A stretch of DNA of 64,000 nucleotides from Leidyana gryllorum EB-2025a (lineage: Eukaryota > Protista > Apicomplexa), in assembly GCA_048772705.1 (NCBI GenBank), contig JBLWGC010000002.1:230729-294728 (forward strand), written 5' to 3'. The first letter of the stretch is position 1. The number at the start of each line of letters is the position of its first letter. The translations under genes were made by a program, and so were the position numbers. Positions 23,303 to 36,905 of this stretch are shown here, piece after piece. Below the pieces are notes generated by a model. The model did not search any database, was not told the origin of the DNA, and worked only from the letters and a program-made list of their open reading frames with translations.

Positions 23303-23474
23303 ATAGAGAGAGAGAGAGAGATACATATATACATATGTATGGATACACACGTGGTGGTGAGCGTGAGCCGCAGGAGGTATATTTCTACCTCGCTGGATGT
23401 AAGTGGAGGAAGCAGCCTCGATCAACAGGCAGACAAACGGAGGGGCTGGGCGTGAAGCAAAACTATGGCAAGCA

Positions 23475-25195
<1,721 letters not shown>

Positions 25196-25196
<1 letters not shown>

Positions 25197-27350
25197 TAGA
25201 TTTTTTTATGGCCGAAGATTAGACTTGCCGCTGGGGATGCATTGCTGGGCTGTTTCCACCCTGCCCTTCGCTGACGAGCGTGATGCTCGTCTAGTATAAT
25301 GAAGGCCAAGAAGGTTGGGAACCCTTTCCGCACTGCCAACTGCTCTCTCCACCGCCCATCCTTACTCCACTTCTCCCTGTACCGCCCCCTGAAAGACATT
25401 GCCAACTTTGGCTCAAGGCCATTCCCCGCTGAATTTGAAGTCTCATCTACCAAATTGAACTCCACTCACAGGAGTTGATAGGGGTCGTGCACTCCTCGCC
25501 GGGCGGAGTGGCAGCTGCAGCATTGTTTTCTTTCCCCATCTGCCGTTTGGCGAAACTTCTGGCTTCAGTTGATGCGAATAGGTGCTCAAGCTCCTTCAGA
25601 GCGACGATCACTCGAACGAATCCTGGGTCGTCATCCGGCGTATATATACTTTGGGCCTCAAAGACCACACCTCCCGCCTTGTCTGCAATTAGGGGTGTAG
25701 CGCGGTGTCATATGGAAGCCGTCTTACTCTCCAAGACGGTTACTCTCCAGCCCAGCACCTTCTGGACCAGCAGGTTGAACAGCCTGATAAGATTGGCGAG
25801 ATCGCATTACGGGACTGTAGCTTAGTGCCCCTTACTCTTGTTTGAACTTGCCTTCTTGCCGTAGAGCGTCGAACCGCTTAATGGCCCCGTCACGTTCCTT
25901 TCGTAAACACTCCACCAGATTCTCGCCCGCAGGCTCGTCCATTCTCTGCAAAAGTGTCAGGGAACGCCTGATACCCTTCCCGCGCACACGTGTGTGCATG
26001 GCCGAGACGTGACGTCCACGCGGAAGCACGTTGCCAAGCACAGTCGAACGTATATATATATGTATAGCCGGTGGCCTCATAACTCACAGATTGGGGTCGC
26101 GTTGCTAAATCCATTGTGAGTTTCTGTACTTCAGTGATCAATTGTTGGCGCACTTGGTTGGCCTTCTCGAGTCTGGCGGTCAAGTCTGCAATGTGAGCGT
26201 CCTTGCGGGCGTTCCCTGCAATTTCGCCTTCTGCGTCCTTGAGTTCCGCACGTAGACGATCGAGCTCAGCATCCCGATCCGCTAGTTGTTGTTTCAGCAT
26301 CCTGACGATCGGTGTTTGATCGACACCTTCATCGGTGGTGGCAACAGTGCTAACGGGCTCGGGTTGCGGCGAGGTAGCAGCAGCGGTGGTGCCTGGAGTT
26401 CTGGATGTGTTATCTCCACGGATGTCTTGTTGTTGTTTTAAACAGCGCTGCGCAATGGATTGTGGGGGGAGTCGGAGGTTTTGGTTACCCTGAGAATACC
26501 GATTTGGGTATTGAGGCATTCGCATTGTTGTTCGGAGATTGCTAGATTACTTTGAGCTTCTTCTTGAAGGCTTAAAGCATGTCTTCGTTCCCTTTCTGCT
26601 GTTCTCAGCTGGGCTTCAAGTTCTTGGATCTTGCGTTTGAGCTCGATGGACTCGGAATTGCCCAGGAGGCTCTGGTTTTCAGCTTGTTGTGCTTTGGCGA
26701 CGAGCTCTGCGAGTTTGAATTCCAGAGCGGCTGGGGAAACATCGGTTCCGGGTTCCAAGACTCCGGCTGCCGTGTTATTCCAGGATTCGAGTTCGGCTTC
26801 ATATCTTTGAGTGAGGACGGCTAGCCGTTCCCGGTCCTCAACGAGCTTTAGGAGTTGCGTTTGGTCCATACGGACGGGAGTCTCATTAGCGGAGACGGAG
26901 ACTTTGGTCCCGAGTTCGAGGTGGTCGCGTTCCAATCTAGCTAAGCGTTCACGATACTCGGGGAGCATAGCAGCCGTCCTCTCCGCCTGCGGGTCGCGAT
27001 GTTCGATATTGATAGGGCGGCCTTTGCATACGCATTGCCGAGGGAGGAATGTACTTACGAGTCTCAACTGTTCCTTGAGGGCCTGTTTCTCCTTGCCTAA
27101 ACGTTTGTTATCCAGAACTTGTCTGTCCAAGGCTTCCTTCCAAGCATCACGGATCTGCGAAAGAGTGTGAGTGTGTGAGTGAGTTTGGTGTTCGTACTTT
27201 GGTCCAAGTTTCTTGAGCGTCTCGTTGGAGTCGTATGTTCTTGGCTTTGAGGTTGTCAACATCCTTTTCGAGTTGCTGAATCCTGTGGGGGATAAGGGAG
27301 GTGTGGTGGGTGGCTTGCCTGGAATAGGGGTCCTCAGCCGTCGCCTCCAT
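25196..27350 (-). CDS. MAD1-like spindle-checkpoint coiled-coil protein (multi-exon)
   Basis: Long coiled coil, then IRLFNLLVQKVLGWRVTV, FEAQSIYTPDDD and KGFPTFLAFIILD. These parallel the MAD1 C-terminal domain (FRxACYxLxGYxI, RLTSxYAE, SIPAFLSSLTLE). Confidence 0.65.
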
Positions 27351-27377
27351 TGTTTTTGGCAAAGGTGTTTTTAGAGA

Positions 27378-28085
27378 ATGAGTTTGGGTGGGAAGAAGTA
27401 TTACGATAATGACCAGTTGATCAACCCTTCCTTTGTACTGGGGCCTTTCCGACAAAGTATCCGGATCGAGGAGCTCCGTCGGCGCATCCCGTTACTGCGG
27501 GTGGACGCTGAGAGACTGTTGCGGACTGTGGCAGTGGGTGTCGAGGATCACTGGAAGCAGACCAGTGAGAACGCCGATGCTGCTTGGGAGAATCCCCGGG
27601 ACGTATATTTTCGGCCCAAAGTGGGAGGCAGCAGCCGGAGTGATGGAGCAGCGAAGTTAAAAGCAGTCTCCTCGCGTGAAGAATGGCCAGAACTATGGAC
27701 ACTGGCGACTAGTATCACCCACCAAATCCTCGCTGACAGGGACATTTTCACGCTCTATGTATCGACACCAGCGGTCGGAGACAGCACTCCGATCAACAGA
27801 GACGACATTGGCACTCCCTCCAATAAGGCTACCGGGAGCACCTCAACGTGCGGCGTTGTTGACGAACGACTGTGTAAGACTGGGGACTATGAACATTATT
27901 GGCCCCCGAAGGTCGTACAACGCTGGGACTCCCACAAGGTTCCGAGCGGCGAGTGGCGGAGTAATATGGCTCTGTGCGTAGGCGAATTGGTCAGCAAGAT
28001 TGGAAGTAAAGATGATGATGAAGCGATCAATCATCATCATCAACCCATGTCCGATGATCGACTCACCTCCCCTTCCTCGTCGTAA
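27378..28085 (+). CDS. Hypothetical protein
   Basis: 235-aa ATG-initiated ORF divergent from the MAD1-like gene; no family recognised. Confidence 0.55.
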   Translation: MSLGGKKYYDNDQLINPSFVLGPFRQSIRIEELRRRIPLLRVDAERLLRTVAVGVEDHWKQTSENADAAWENPRDVYFRPKVGGSSRSDGAAKLKAVSSREEWPELWTLATSITHQILADRDIFTLYVSTPAVGDSTPINRDDIGTPSNKATGSTSTCGVVDERLCKTGDYEHYWPPKVVQRWDSHKVPSGEWRSNMALCVGELVSKIGSKDDDEAINHHHQPMSDDRLTSPSSS

Positions 28086-28237
28086 AATTCAAACTAGCTA
28101 GAGCAAGCAGCCAAGCCACGCCGTTGCCGTCGTCCAAGGAGGGTCCCCATGTAGTACAATTAGTTAGTGGGACCCCGAGACGACGCCCCCCCTCTCTGCT
28201 GTCGACATCTCTGAAGGCCATGGAATTGGTTTACAAG

Positions 28238-28714
28238 CACACACTCACTCATACACTCGCACACACACACACACACGCACTGACTCCACCAAAGTTCGAC
28301 TGGAATGGAGAAGTCGAAGATCGAGACGGGTTGGCCCCAATGAACACCGGAGGGATGTCTGTTAGTCGTCCCTTTATTCTGTCCGTCCTTCTCTCTGTCT
28401 TCTTCCCTCCGTCCGTCCGTCTCTCTCTCATTTTACCTCTCTCTTCTGCTCGCCCCGGCTGACTGTCAGACGGTCGTGTGCCCGAAGTCTTCTTCCCTAC
28501 TGGACTGACCGCCGACGCTTTGCCTCCCCGGTTTCTCCTTCTCCCTCCCTCCCTCTCTGTCTGTCTGTTTGTGTGTCAGTCTCTCTTGCTCTTTCCCAGT
28601 CGCTAGGTCACCCCTCTCGAATGAACACAAGAGTCAGTAGGCATTTTGTCGCCCACTCAAGTCGGCCCTCTCTCTTTGTGCACCAGCGATCTTTGTTGCA
28701 CGCCCGCTTCATGC

Positions 28715-28745
<31 letters not shown>

Positions 28746-28870
28746 CGCGATGTTGTGTGTGTGTGTGAGCGCGCGATGTTGTGTGTGCGGGGTCGCTACT
28801 GAGAGCGTTGTTGTTGGCCTGCAGCGTCTCTCTCTGTCTGAGTCTGAATGTGTTTGTGTGGTGGGGGGAA
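28238..28870. repeat. CA/TG/CT microsatellite-rich non-coding region
   Basis: Runs such as (CA)n near 28260, (TG)n(AG)n at 28715-28745, and CT-rich tracts. Confidence 0.8.
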
Positions 28871-29474
28871 GTACTATCATCTTAGCAGCAGCTTTTTCAA
28901 TTATGCTCATTATGTTGTTCATCAAACTCTCTCTCTCCACCTCTACCCGGTGGTCTGTGTGAAGGTCTGTTGTGCCGTTGCAGTGGCGAGGAAATTAAGT
29001 GCCATTACGACTTCAAATCTTGTTTGGGCCGTCTCGAACGTGCACATGGCTCAGTGAAAAGTGAGTAGCGCACGCGCGCGTTTAGTCCACTAGAGAAGAT
29101 ACGAATTGGAATCTTGCTTATTGTCTCGTCTTGATATGTCCTCCACAGATTAACATCCCATCATTGCGGAACTTTTGTGTGTCGGTGATACACAGTCAGA
29201 CTCGGCGAACAGCGAGTGTAGATACCCGGTGGAGAGAAGAAAGTCCTCAATCCGAATGCCTCCAGCTTCAATGCCGAAGTCTGGTCTCAACCAGTACCGG
29301 TCGAGGAAAGTCAGCAGCTATTCAAGGAGAGGAATGAGATGAACACGGATAATGTATGTCAGTCAGTCGTGATAACTGTGTGTGTGAGAGCGATTATGGT
29401 CTATATTAAGATCAATAGTACAAGACTGAAGGGTATGTGGCTCGGGTATGTCAATGTATCGATAAATCCTGCAG

Positions 29475-31414
29475 CTAATTAGCCGGTGCCTGTGCTGCAC
29501 TACGGGGAGCCGGCCCTCTGCCTCGGAAGGGACGGCCGTTACCCCGACCTCTTCCCCGCTGCTGGGAGCCAGGCTGGCGAGGACGCGGGGTCACGCCACG
29601 CCCGGGGCCACCTCCAGCCAAGGCATACCGGTCAGCCGACATGTCATTCTCAACATTGACCTCAAATCCAGCCGACTCTTGTTCTTCCGAGGGACGTCCT
29701 AGTCTTCCCCAATTTGGGACCTGCAGACGGATATGCCCGCTGGAGAGATCAACGCGAGCGTTCTGGATTGTGAAGAAAGTGCCCATCTCCATCAGATTGG
29801 GCGCATTTGCGGAATTGTTGGGTTTGGCACCACTTATCAGCAGTTGCACAATACCAGTTTCGTCACCAACCACCACCATTCCTCGGTTAGTTCCTAGCTC
29901 TTGCAAAGGTTGGTGTACCTTAACCACAAGGCTGTAACCAGGACCATTGGGGTTTATCTCCTGCAGGTACAATCTAATTTTCAACCACAAAGATATCAGT
30001 CTACGTGAACTATCGCGCCCACTTAAACAAACGCCCATTCGACAACCCACCACCAGATCTGGTACTCGGGCGAAGCCTGGCCCACGCGCGCAGCCGGCAA
30101 GCTCACTACCACCGTGCCACCACTTGGTCACAATGTTGATGTGAACTCGCCGCTGCGCTCGCTGGCCCACAGGCACAAACGCAACCCATTCCCAGTGCTG
30201 GACGGTAACGGCACGTCGGGGTCGCAATCACACTCACAAATACACAAACACGAGCACACACGCGCGCACACACGCGAGACGGCACCGCCACATCATAAGA
30301 GAACCCCCATATATCCCACAGACAGTCTCTACCCTTATGCGCACGAGTCAACAAGAACGGCGAGGACTTATACAAACGGCGTTTCATCTTACCTGGACTT
30401 TGGACCAGCGGATGGGTTGATTCCCTTGTTGACGAGGCGGGGGAACGTAGCCAGTGGGGGGCGTGTAACGCGGCCTTAAAGCGGATGGAGTGAAAGGGAC
30501 GGAAACTTACATGCGGTTGTGGTATCGGTATTCGTGGAAGAAGAAGAGGCCAGCAAGCGACTTAAGATCTGAAGTAGAACGCCAGGCATTGCCTAGCGGC
30601 ACAAGCTGGATGGAATATCCGTTCTCATCGGGGGAGGCTGACTGCATCTGCTCAACCTCCTCATCCGAGATAGTTTTCCGGTAGAGATAGAGTTCAATGT
30701 TATCACAGGCGGTAGCGGGATTGGTATTTACCCCCCAGTTGTTGCCCAGCCGATTAGACAGATGGTCTAAGTCCGGCCGCACCAAGACGATGTTGCAGGT
30801 CTTTTCAATCACTGAGATTTGTTGTCCCTGCAATCGCTGGTTGGGGCCAAAACGCCCGCATGGAACCTCTGATGGGGGGATCGCATATCGGTCGCCAGAG
30901 ATCCTACCTGGCGAGTCGGGATACCCTTGACTGACTGCTCGGCGGCGGGCCTGCACGAAGGCGACGAATTCACGCGGGCGGCTGCTTCCATCTGGGCCAG
31001 CCGCATGGGTGCGGAAAACGACCAAAACGGCCGCGCTGGGGCAACGTAACAATAAAGGTGTAGTGTGCTCCACTGGGCCGTCCTCTTTTGAAGTGTTGAC
31101 GATTGTCACTTCCGCGAACACGCTGTCAATAATACCATCAACGAGTTGGACATAGCTGCGGAGAGAGTCGTTCATCATCGGGGACTAACCGCCAAACTCA
31201 CAAGATCTTAAACTTCTTCAGCCGTCCTTCAACGCGACTTGCGCAGAATGGTCCCACATAGTAACTCATTAAGCGAGCTGCAACGGCATTTCTGCAGAGA
31301 AAATCAATGCTCCTTACACTCCACGAGCTGCTTGAAGTAGGTTTGGTCCTCGGACCGAGTGAACTCAATATCAACTCGGTACCGTGTGGTGTCCTGTGAG
31401 TATTCGAAGGCCAT
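29475..31414 (-). CDS. Fusion protein: plant NUDT14-like Nudix fold (degenerate Nudix box) + At4g28440-like OB fold + RG-rich tail; 5 exons
   Basis: Introns at about 31278-31317, 31156-31201, 30475-30510 and 29961-30392 join one frame. Nudix part: AAVLVVF, EVPCG, ACDNIELYLYR, IQLVPLGNAWRSTSDLKSL. OB part: QPIRWSKVQEINP, VVVGDETG, TIQNARVDL, IRLQVPNWGRL, FEVNVENDMS. Confidence 0.75.
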
Positions 31415-31669
31415 GCCTCCACCCTCACATGGAACGAGAAGTTCAGCTGGCATTTGGGGTTCGATTGGTTAGTCGTGGATGATCTGCTTCTGTGGGGGAA
31501 TTAATCACTGAAAGTGCATCTAAGTCTTTGTTGAAGGTAGATCTTTTGGGCACTCAAGGCACACAAACGCACACACTTTAGCGTATCAAATGTCTTTTTA
31601 GGGTCTATTAACTACTTTTTAATGTCACCGTTGTCGTTTTCCAACGGCACGAATGTCTTTGGCCACAAC

Positions 31670-32734
31670 TCACTCCCCCTGTTGAGCTGCTTGACCCGCT
31701 TCCTGCGCACGTTGACTCAAAGCCGCCGATCGTGCCTTCAACCGCTCGCTGCGGGCCTTGTTGCTCAACAACTTCCGCAATTTGGCAGCAGGTCTCCACA
31801 TAGCATATCCGTCCTCCCTGGAATTTGCCCATAATTCACATTCAGTGAAATCAACACCTACCGATTGCTTATCACGCTGAATCCTAAACGCTCGTACCAC
31901 TCCTTGATTTCTGGATTGGCTGCAAATGGACGATGTTTAGCTTATCGACGAAATATGACTTTATCCTCTCACCTGACTGTACCACTAGGCTACTCGTCCA
32001 ATTTTGATTCAACTGCAACTTCTCCACCACTGACATGAATTCCGAACCAACGCGCTGCCCTTGCCACGCTTTAGCAACTTGGAGTTCCAGTATATGGATG
32101 TTTCTCAGTATCTCATCACTGCCAGTTAGTGCCATATAGCCGACCAGTTCGGGGGTTTCGGTGACAAAGGAAGGGCGTTCCTTGCTTGCTGGAGCTGCTT
32201 GTGGCATTGCCACTTCAGCTACACCATCTTGTTTTTCGATGCCGGCATGAAGGCCTTTATCACCTGTGGGGACATCTTCGATGGCCGGCGCGTCATTAGG
32301 TGGCTTCAAGCACAACACCCAAGCGACTGAAGAGTGGATGTCGAACAGCACACGTGTGTGTGCTACTTACCCCGAGTGCGGAACAAGTCGTCAAACTTGT
32401 CTTCATCACTCCATCCCGGGCTTGAAGCTTTAGGCAACTTTACCCCTGATTTCAGGTATATCTCCGACATATTATCCCGACACAAACTCATCAGGGCCTG
32501 GTCAAATTGCATAACCTGGCCTTGGTACATGAGTTTGGGAGCGATATCATTGATGACGAGAGCACTACTGCATATTAACTGGATGAAATCAGTTTTAGAT
32601 TTGAGTCTTTGAAGACTTCCTTTATCCCACGACTCAGCTCCGGGAATTAAAAGGCAGCGGGCATTAGGATGCCATGGTGCTCGCGGGTCATCCGCTAATT
32701 TGATGTCAGGGGACCACTTGAGGGGAGGCGCCAT
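31670..32734 (-). CDS. N-alpha-acetyltransferase 40-like GNAT (NatD); multi-exon, 3' end approximate
   Basis: LCRDNMSEIY, GWSDEDKFDDLF, VGYM, IHILELQVAKAWQGQRVGSEFM (acetyl-CoA motif A). Intron about 32327-32370. Confidence 0.7.
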
Positions 32735-33568
32735 TGTTTTTTTTCTGCAACTGGAGAAGGAACGTCCAACTGCGGGCTGTATGCTGATGGTATCGAGCTG
32801 TTCTAATATTATCAAACATGCCTCCGTGGTTGTTTCGACGTCTGTGAACGCCTGGCAATTGTGTGAGATCGTATGAGATTGGGGCGTCGACAATCTGAAA
32901 TGCACTCTGAGAGACGATTTCTTGGAAAGCCCACTTTTCCGCTTGACCGTCGACCAGGGTGACGAGGACCTTTCCATTGGGCACTGAGAGTATCTGCTGT
33001 GCTGATTGCAGGAAGTCTGCGAGCAGCTGTTTATGAATGGCTGCGTCTTCGCAGCCGGCGTGGGGATGATTCCACATGATTCTATCAAATTTGGGCTCGG
33101 CGTCGGAACCCAATGTTTCGGTGAGTCGTGTGGCGTCGATCTCATGTCGAAGAGTCACCTGTGGGTGTGGCGTGATGTAATGGTTGGGTAACAGGGAAGG
33201 ACTGACCTCTGGGGCGGCTCGCGGTAATGCCAAATAGCGTAGTATAGGCGTTGCATTGGTATATAGATCGCGCACGGCATTCGCTGACTCCAAGCTGGTG
33301 GCAAAGATGGTCAGATGGGAGGGGAGAGATGGCAGTGCGGAGTCATCTTGGGTTGGACAGTCGAGGAGGCGCGCTAAACTGTTGTGAGATTAGTCGAGAT
33401 GGCTCAGCAAGAGAAGGCTCACTAGTCGGGATCGATCAGTTTGGCTGCGTCTTTGGTCTTAGTGGGCAGAATGCCCCGCACACGGCTTTGTTTTGAGTGG
33501 TATTTGTACGACTTTACCACTGCTTGAGAGAACGAGAAGTCTCCCTCTCCCAGCAGCAGCAGGCGCAT
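32706..33568 (-). CDS. BMT5/DUF2431-like SAM-dependent rRNA methyltransferase; intron about 33379-33512
   Basis: Exon 1 MRLLLLGEGDFSFSQAV; exon 2 IFATSLES, IDATRL, FDRIMWNHPHAG, LLADFLQSA, VLVTL. Confidence 0.85.
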
Positions 33569-33595
33569 TGCACTTTTTTTGTTCCAAAAAGCCGC

Positions 33596-34000
33596 ATGTC
33601 AAAGAAGAACAACAGAAAGCTGCGTCTACAGAAGCACGCGGCTGCGTTGGCCGAAGAGGCTTTGAGGGAGGAGAAGTTGGCTGAGTCTCGCGAGAAGCGT
33701 CGGGAAAAAGCGGTGGCGAAATCCATGGATGAAGAGGTGAGTCGTTTTGCTGTTCGGCCCTACCGAGACCTGCAGGTTCGAGATCTTCGTCGTCGCAGAC
33801 GGGCCCAACAGCAGACAGCGGATGTCAGTATGGACGATAGAGACCTCTCTAAAACTCGAAAGTCGAGAGACAAGAAGATTCAGCGACGTATCCGCAAGCA
33901 AGAACGTAAGTCAAGGCACGCGTGTGTGTGCGAGGTCATGTTTTGTGTAGTCGCAAGTACTAAAAAGTCAGAGAAAATCCGGGCTGCTCTCTTCCTTTGA
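33596..34000 (+). CDS. Small basic K/R-rich hypothetical protein with two probable in-frame introns
   Basis: MSKKNNRKLRLQKH... with GTGAGT...CAG (about 33738-33776) and GTAAGT...TAG (about 33906-33950) segments. Confidence 0.6.
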   Translation: MSKKNNRKLRLQKHAAALAEEALREEKLAESREKRREKAVAKSMDEEVSRFAVRPYRDLQVRDLRRRRRAQQQTADVSMDDRDLSKTRKSRDKKIQRRIRKQERKSRHACVCEVMFCVVASTKKSEKIRAALFL

Positions 34001-34099
34001 CTCATCTCTCAAGTTCTGTCGGTGTCTGTTTTGGGGCTGGAAAGTGCGAGTGTCTGACTTTCTTTCGCTGTCTGTAAATTTTTTGAGGTCCACCCCAAG

Positions 34100-34612
34100 A
34101 TGAGCAACAATACTATCCAGCGCACCTTTTTGATGGTCAAGCCCGATGGTGTCCAGCGCGGTTTGATGGGAGAAATCATCTCTCGATTCGAGAAGAAGGG
34201 CTGGAAGATGATTGCCTCCAAGTTCATGTTGGCTGACAAAGAGTTGTTGGAGGAGGTAAGCTAAACAACGACCTTCCGCTGAGTCAAACTACTCCACCTG
34301 CAGCACTATGCCGAACACAAAGGCCGTCCCTTCCTGCCCGGTCTCATCGAGTACATGAGCGCTGGTCCCGTCTTGGCTATGGTCTGGGAGGGCCCCGACG
34401 TTATCGCGCAATCCCGCCGTATCGTGGGAGCCACCCGTCCTTGGGATGCCGAGATCGGCACTATCCGCGGAGACTACTGCGTGTCCGTTGGCCGCAACCT
34501 CATCCACGGATCCGACTCTGACGCGTCGGCTGAGCGCGAAATTAACCTCTGGTTCAAACCCGAAGAGCAGGTCACCTGGGTCCCCTGCGACAAGGCTTGG
34601 CTACTCGAATGA
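34100..34612 (+). CDS. NDK: Nucleoside diphosphate kinase; intron 34256-34303
   Basis: [61 protein letters not shown]. Confidence 0.98.
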
Positions 34613-34993
34613 ACGAATGTGAACTGACTACCGGACGAACTGACTGACTAACTCCTATCTTCAACGATTATCAATCCCCCTTGCTCTCGGTCTCCCCTCT
34701 TTGGCTCTTAGACCACCTCCTGACCTCACCACACCACTCCAAGACACTCATACACACACACACACACACGCAGAGACACACAACTTGAACGTCGCAAATG
34801 ATGATATTTGGAATCAGATTCCTCTTCAGACAGGCTGCAAAGCCGTGTTGATTAATGTTCCATCTGATTGAATATGTGACATTAGGGCGTTGATTGCTTT
34901 AGTTAAAGATAGGGATGAGAAAGTACAGAGGTCTGGGTGCTGGTGCTGCCGGGTGTCCCGGAGGCAGTCCCGTAATAAAGCGGAAGAAAGTGA

Positions 34994-36151
34994 ATGGTAT
35001 CTTTGAAAGGATTATTCAATGGGGGTCGTGCTGACAATGAATCACAAACCCGTACCCCGTCGTTTGCTTCTTGGAATTCCTCTATATCCTCGGCTGGGTC
35101 AGATGTGACTCTGCTTGCTGTAAGCACGAAGAAACTCCCAAAAAGCAACTCTTAATTCTAGGCTCGCATCCGGCGACGTCTTCGCAGGCAAAAACGACAA
35201 GGCGATGGATCCTTTGTTGATAGCTCGAGCTATGGCCCGCGCTTAGGTGACCTCTCAGACGGCCTCTGGGATCTGTTGGTCCCGCTGCCTTGGCGCGAGG
35301 ACCTCTCCAGCCAGTTGAGGGTTGCGCTCATCAACTGTTGGATGGTCGACTCGCACTTCCGCCATACTGACTTTAAACAGGAAATGATTGTCAAAGCTCA
35401 CAGCGGGACCAACGATCAGCAGATTCTTTCCGTCTCGACTCTGGGGAAAGTTGCCTGGAGACATCAAGACGATCGAGGTCTACCGTGCGGCTGCCGAGGA
35501 GGCTCCCTCTGGCGGCTACGCTTCGAGCGCACGGGCCAAATTGCACCACCCGTAACGTCTGCCAACTACTTCTGTGTGGGACGCAACCCACATTTAGTGC
35601 CTCCAATACCTCCACTCACGTGCAATCTCCTCGGAGGTGTAGACTACTGCGTAATGCAGTATCTGGGCGAAGAGATCCCATGCATTGAAAGCAGTGCCGG
35701 ATGCGTCAAGCACCTCATTGGTTCCTACTTATCCGCCGGCACCAGCTTGTCAACCGCCCTCACTCGACAACCCTCCTCCAAATTCCTGAGTCTGCGCAGC
35801 AGGTGCCCCGCTGCTCCACTTGTTCTCCAAGACCCTACTTCCTCCTTCTTCAACCCCTCCGCCAGCCTCTTGTCATACTATGAACAGGACTTACAGCGTA
35901 TGGAAGGTGAGAGCGCAAAATCAGACCCCGGTCCATCATCAATCACGTTAGCCATGTTCTTCCATGCCGCGACTGGTGCACACATAGGCAGCTGCAAGAA
36001 AGGCTGCACTCCTCAATGGATTTTGAGCGATGAAGTGCTCGTCAATCGGTCCCACGCACTGCGGCTAACTCTTATTGATAACGTCACGGATGCAGCCGCA
36101 GCTTTCAATCAACCACCTCATTCTTCTAACTCAATTAGTCGACCAGCGTGA
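34994..36151 (+). CDS. Hypothetical protein; intron 35120-35161
   Basis: An ATG exon splices in frame (GTAAGC...TAG) into the 291-aa ORF. Confidence 0.55.
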
Positions 36152-36166
36152 TCAAAAAAGACTCAA

Positions 36167-36893
36167 TCAAAATCGCTCTCCGCGGATCTTTCGTGCCAAC
36201 AATATATCCTTTTGCATGATTGTCACTCGCCGTGCATGAATGGCGCACAAGCTTCTCACATGTCAAATACAGATTCGGCATCGTGTGTGTTACTCACTTT
36301 GTATCCTCGAACAAACCAACCAGATATGCTTCCGCGGCTTCCTGCAGGGCCAATACAGCTTGCGACTGAAAACGCAACTCGTTCCTGAATCAAATCAACG
36401 CCAGTCAGCTTCACACACTCTCGCGATACAAAACTGCCCACTTGAAGGTTTGTGCTATCTCCTTCACCAGCCGCTGAAACGGCAACTTCCGGATCAATAG
36501 CTCAGTAGACTTTTGATACTTTCGAATCTCACGCAGTGCTGTAATAATGCGAAATGTCGCATCTCATTGACACAGAATAGGGAAGCACGCAACAGATATC
36601 AACGACGAACCCCCGCAAACACTTAGATCATTAAACGATACACCAACGGAGACATGGATGGGGCACACACGTGTGTGCGTGACAGTGAGTGTGGTGGAGG
36701 CACAATCAGAACAGCCCCAGCACAGCGACAACACCTTACCGATCGTTCCCGCTTTGTAACGCGCAATGGGTTTCTTGGAAGTAGAGCTTGCGGGTGCGGA
36801 TTTGCGTGCTGCCGCTTTACCAGCAATGAGGGATTTCCGGGACGGACCCTTGGCAGCAGTTGTCTTGCGAGCAGAATGGCGCGTTTTGGACAT
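36167..36893 (-). CDS. Divergent histone H3 variant (4 exons)
   Basis: Spliced protein [140 protein letters not shown]. Confidence 0.95.
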
Positions 36894-36905
36894 ATTTTAC
36901 GATGA

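Noticed and set aside
28573-28962. ORFs in the microsatellite region
   Set aside because: Products are CV/TH dipeptide runs from dinucleotide repeats.
32736-32742. A_AAA_AAC -1 frameshift heptamer
   Set aside because: The downstream NAA40-like frame is +1, not -1, so canonical -1 frameshifting would not fuse the genes.
36167-36893. CenH3/CENP-A
   Set aside because: Canonical Q68/F84/T107 equivalents, no loop 1 extension, tail alignable to H3.
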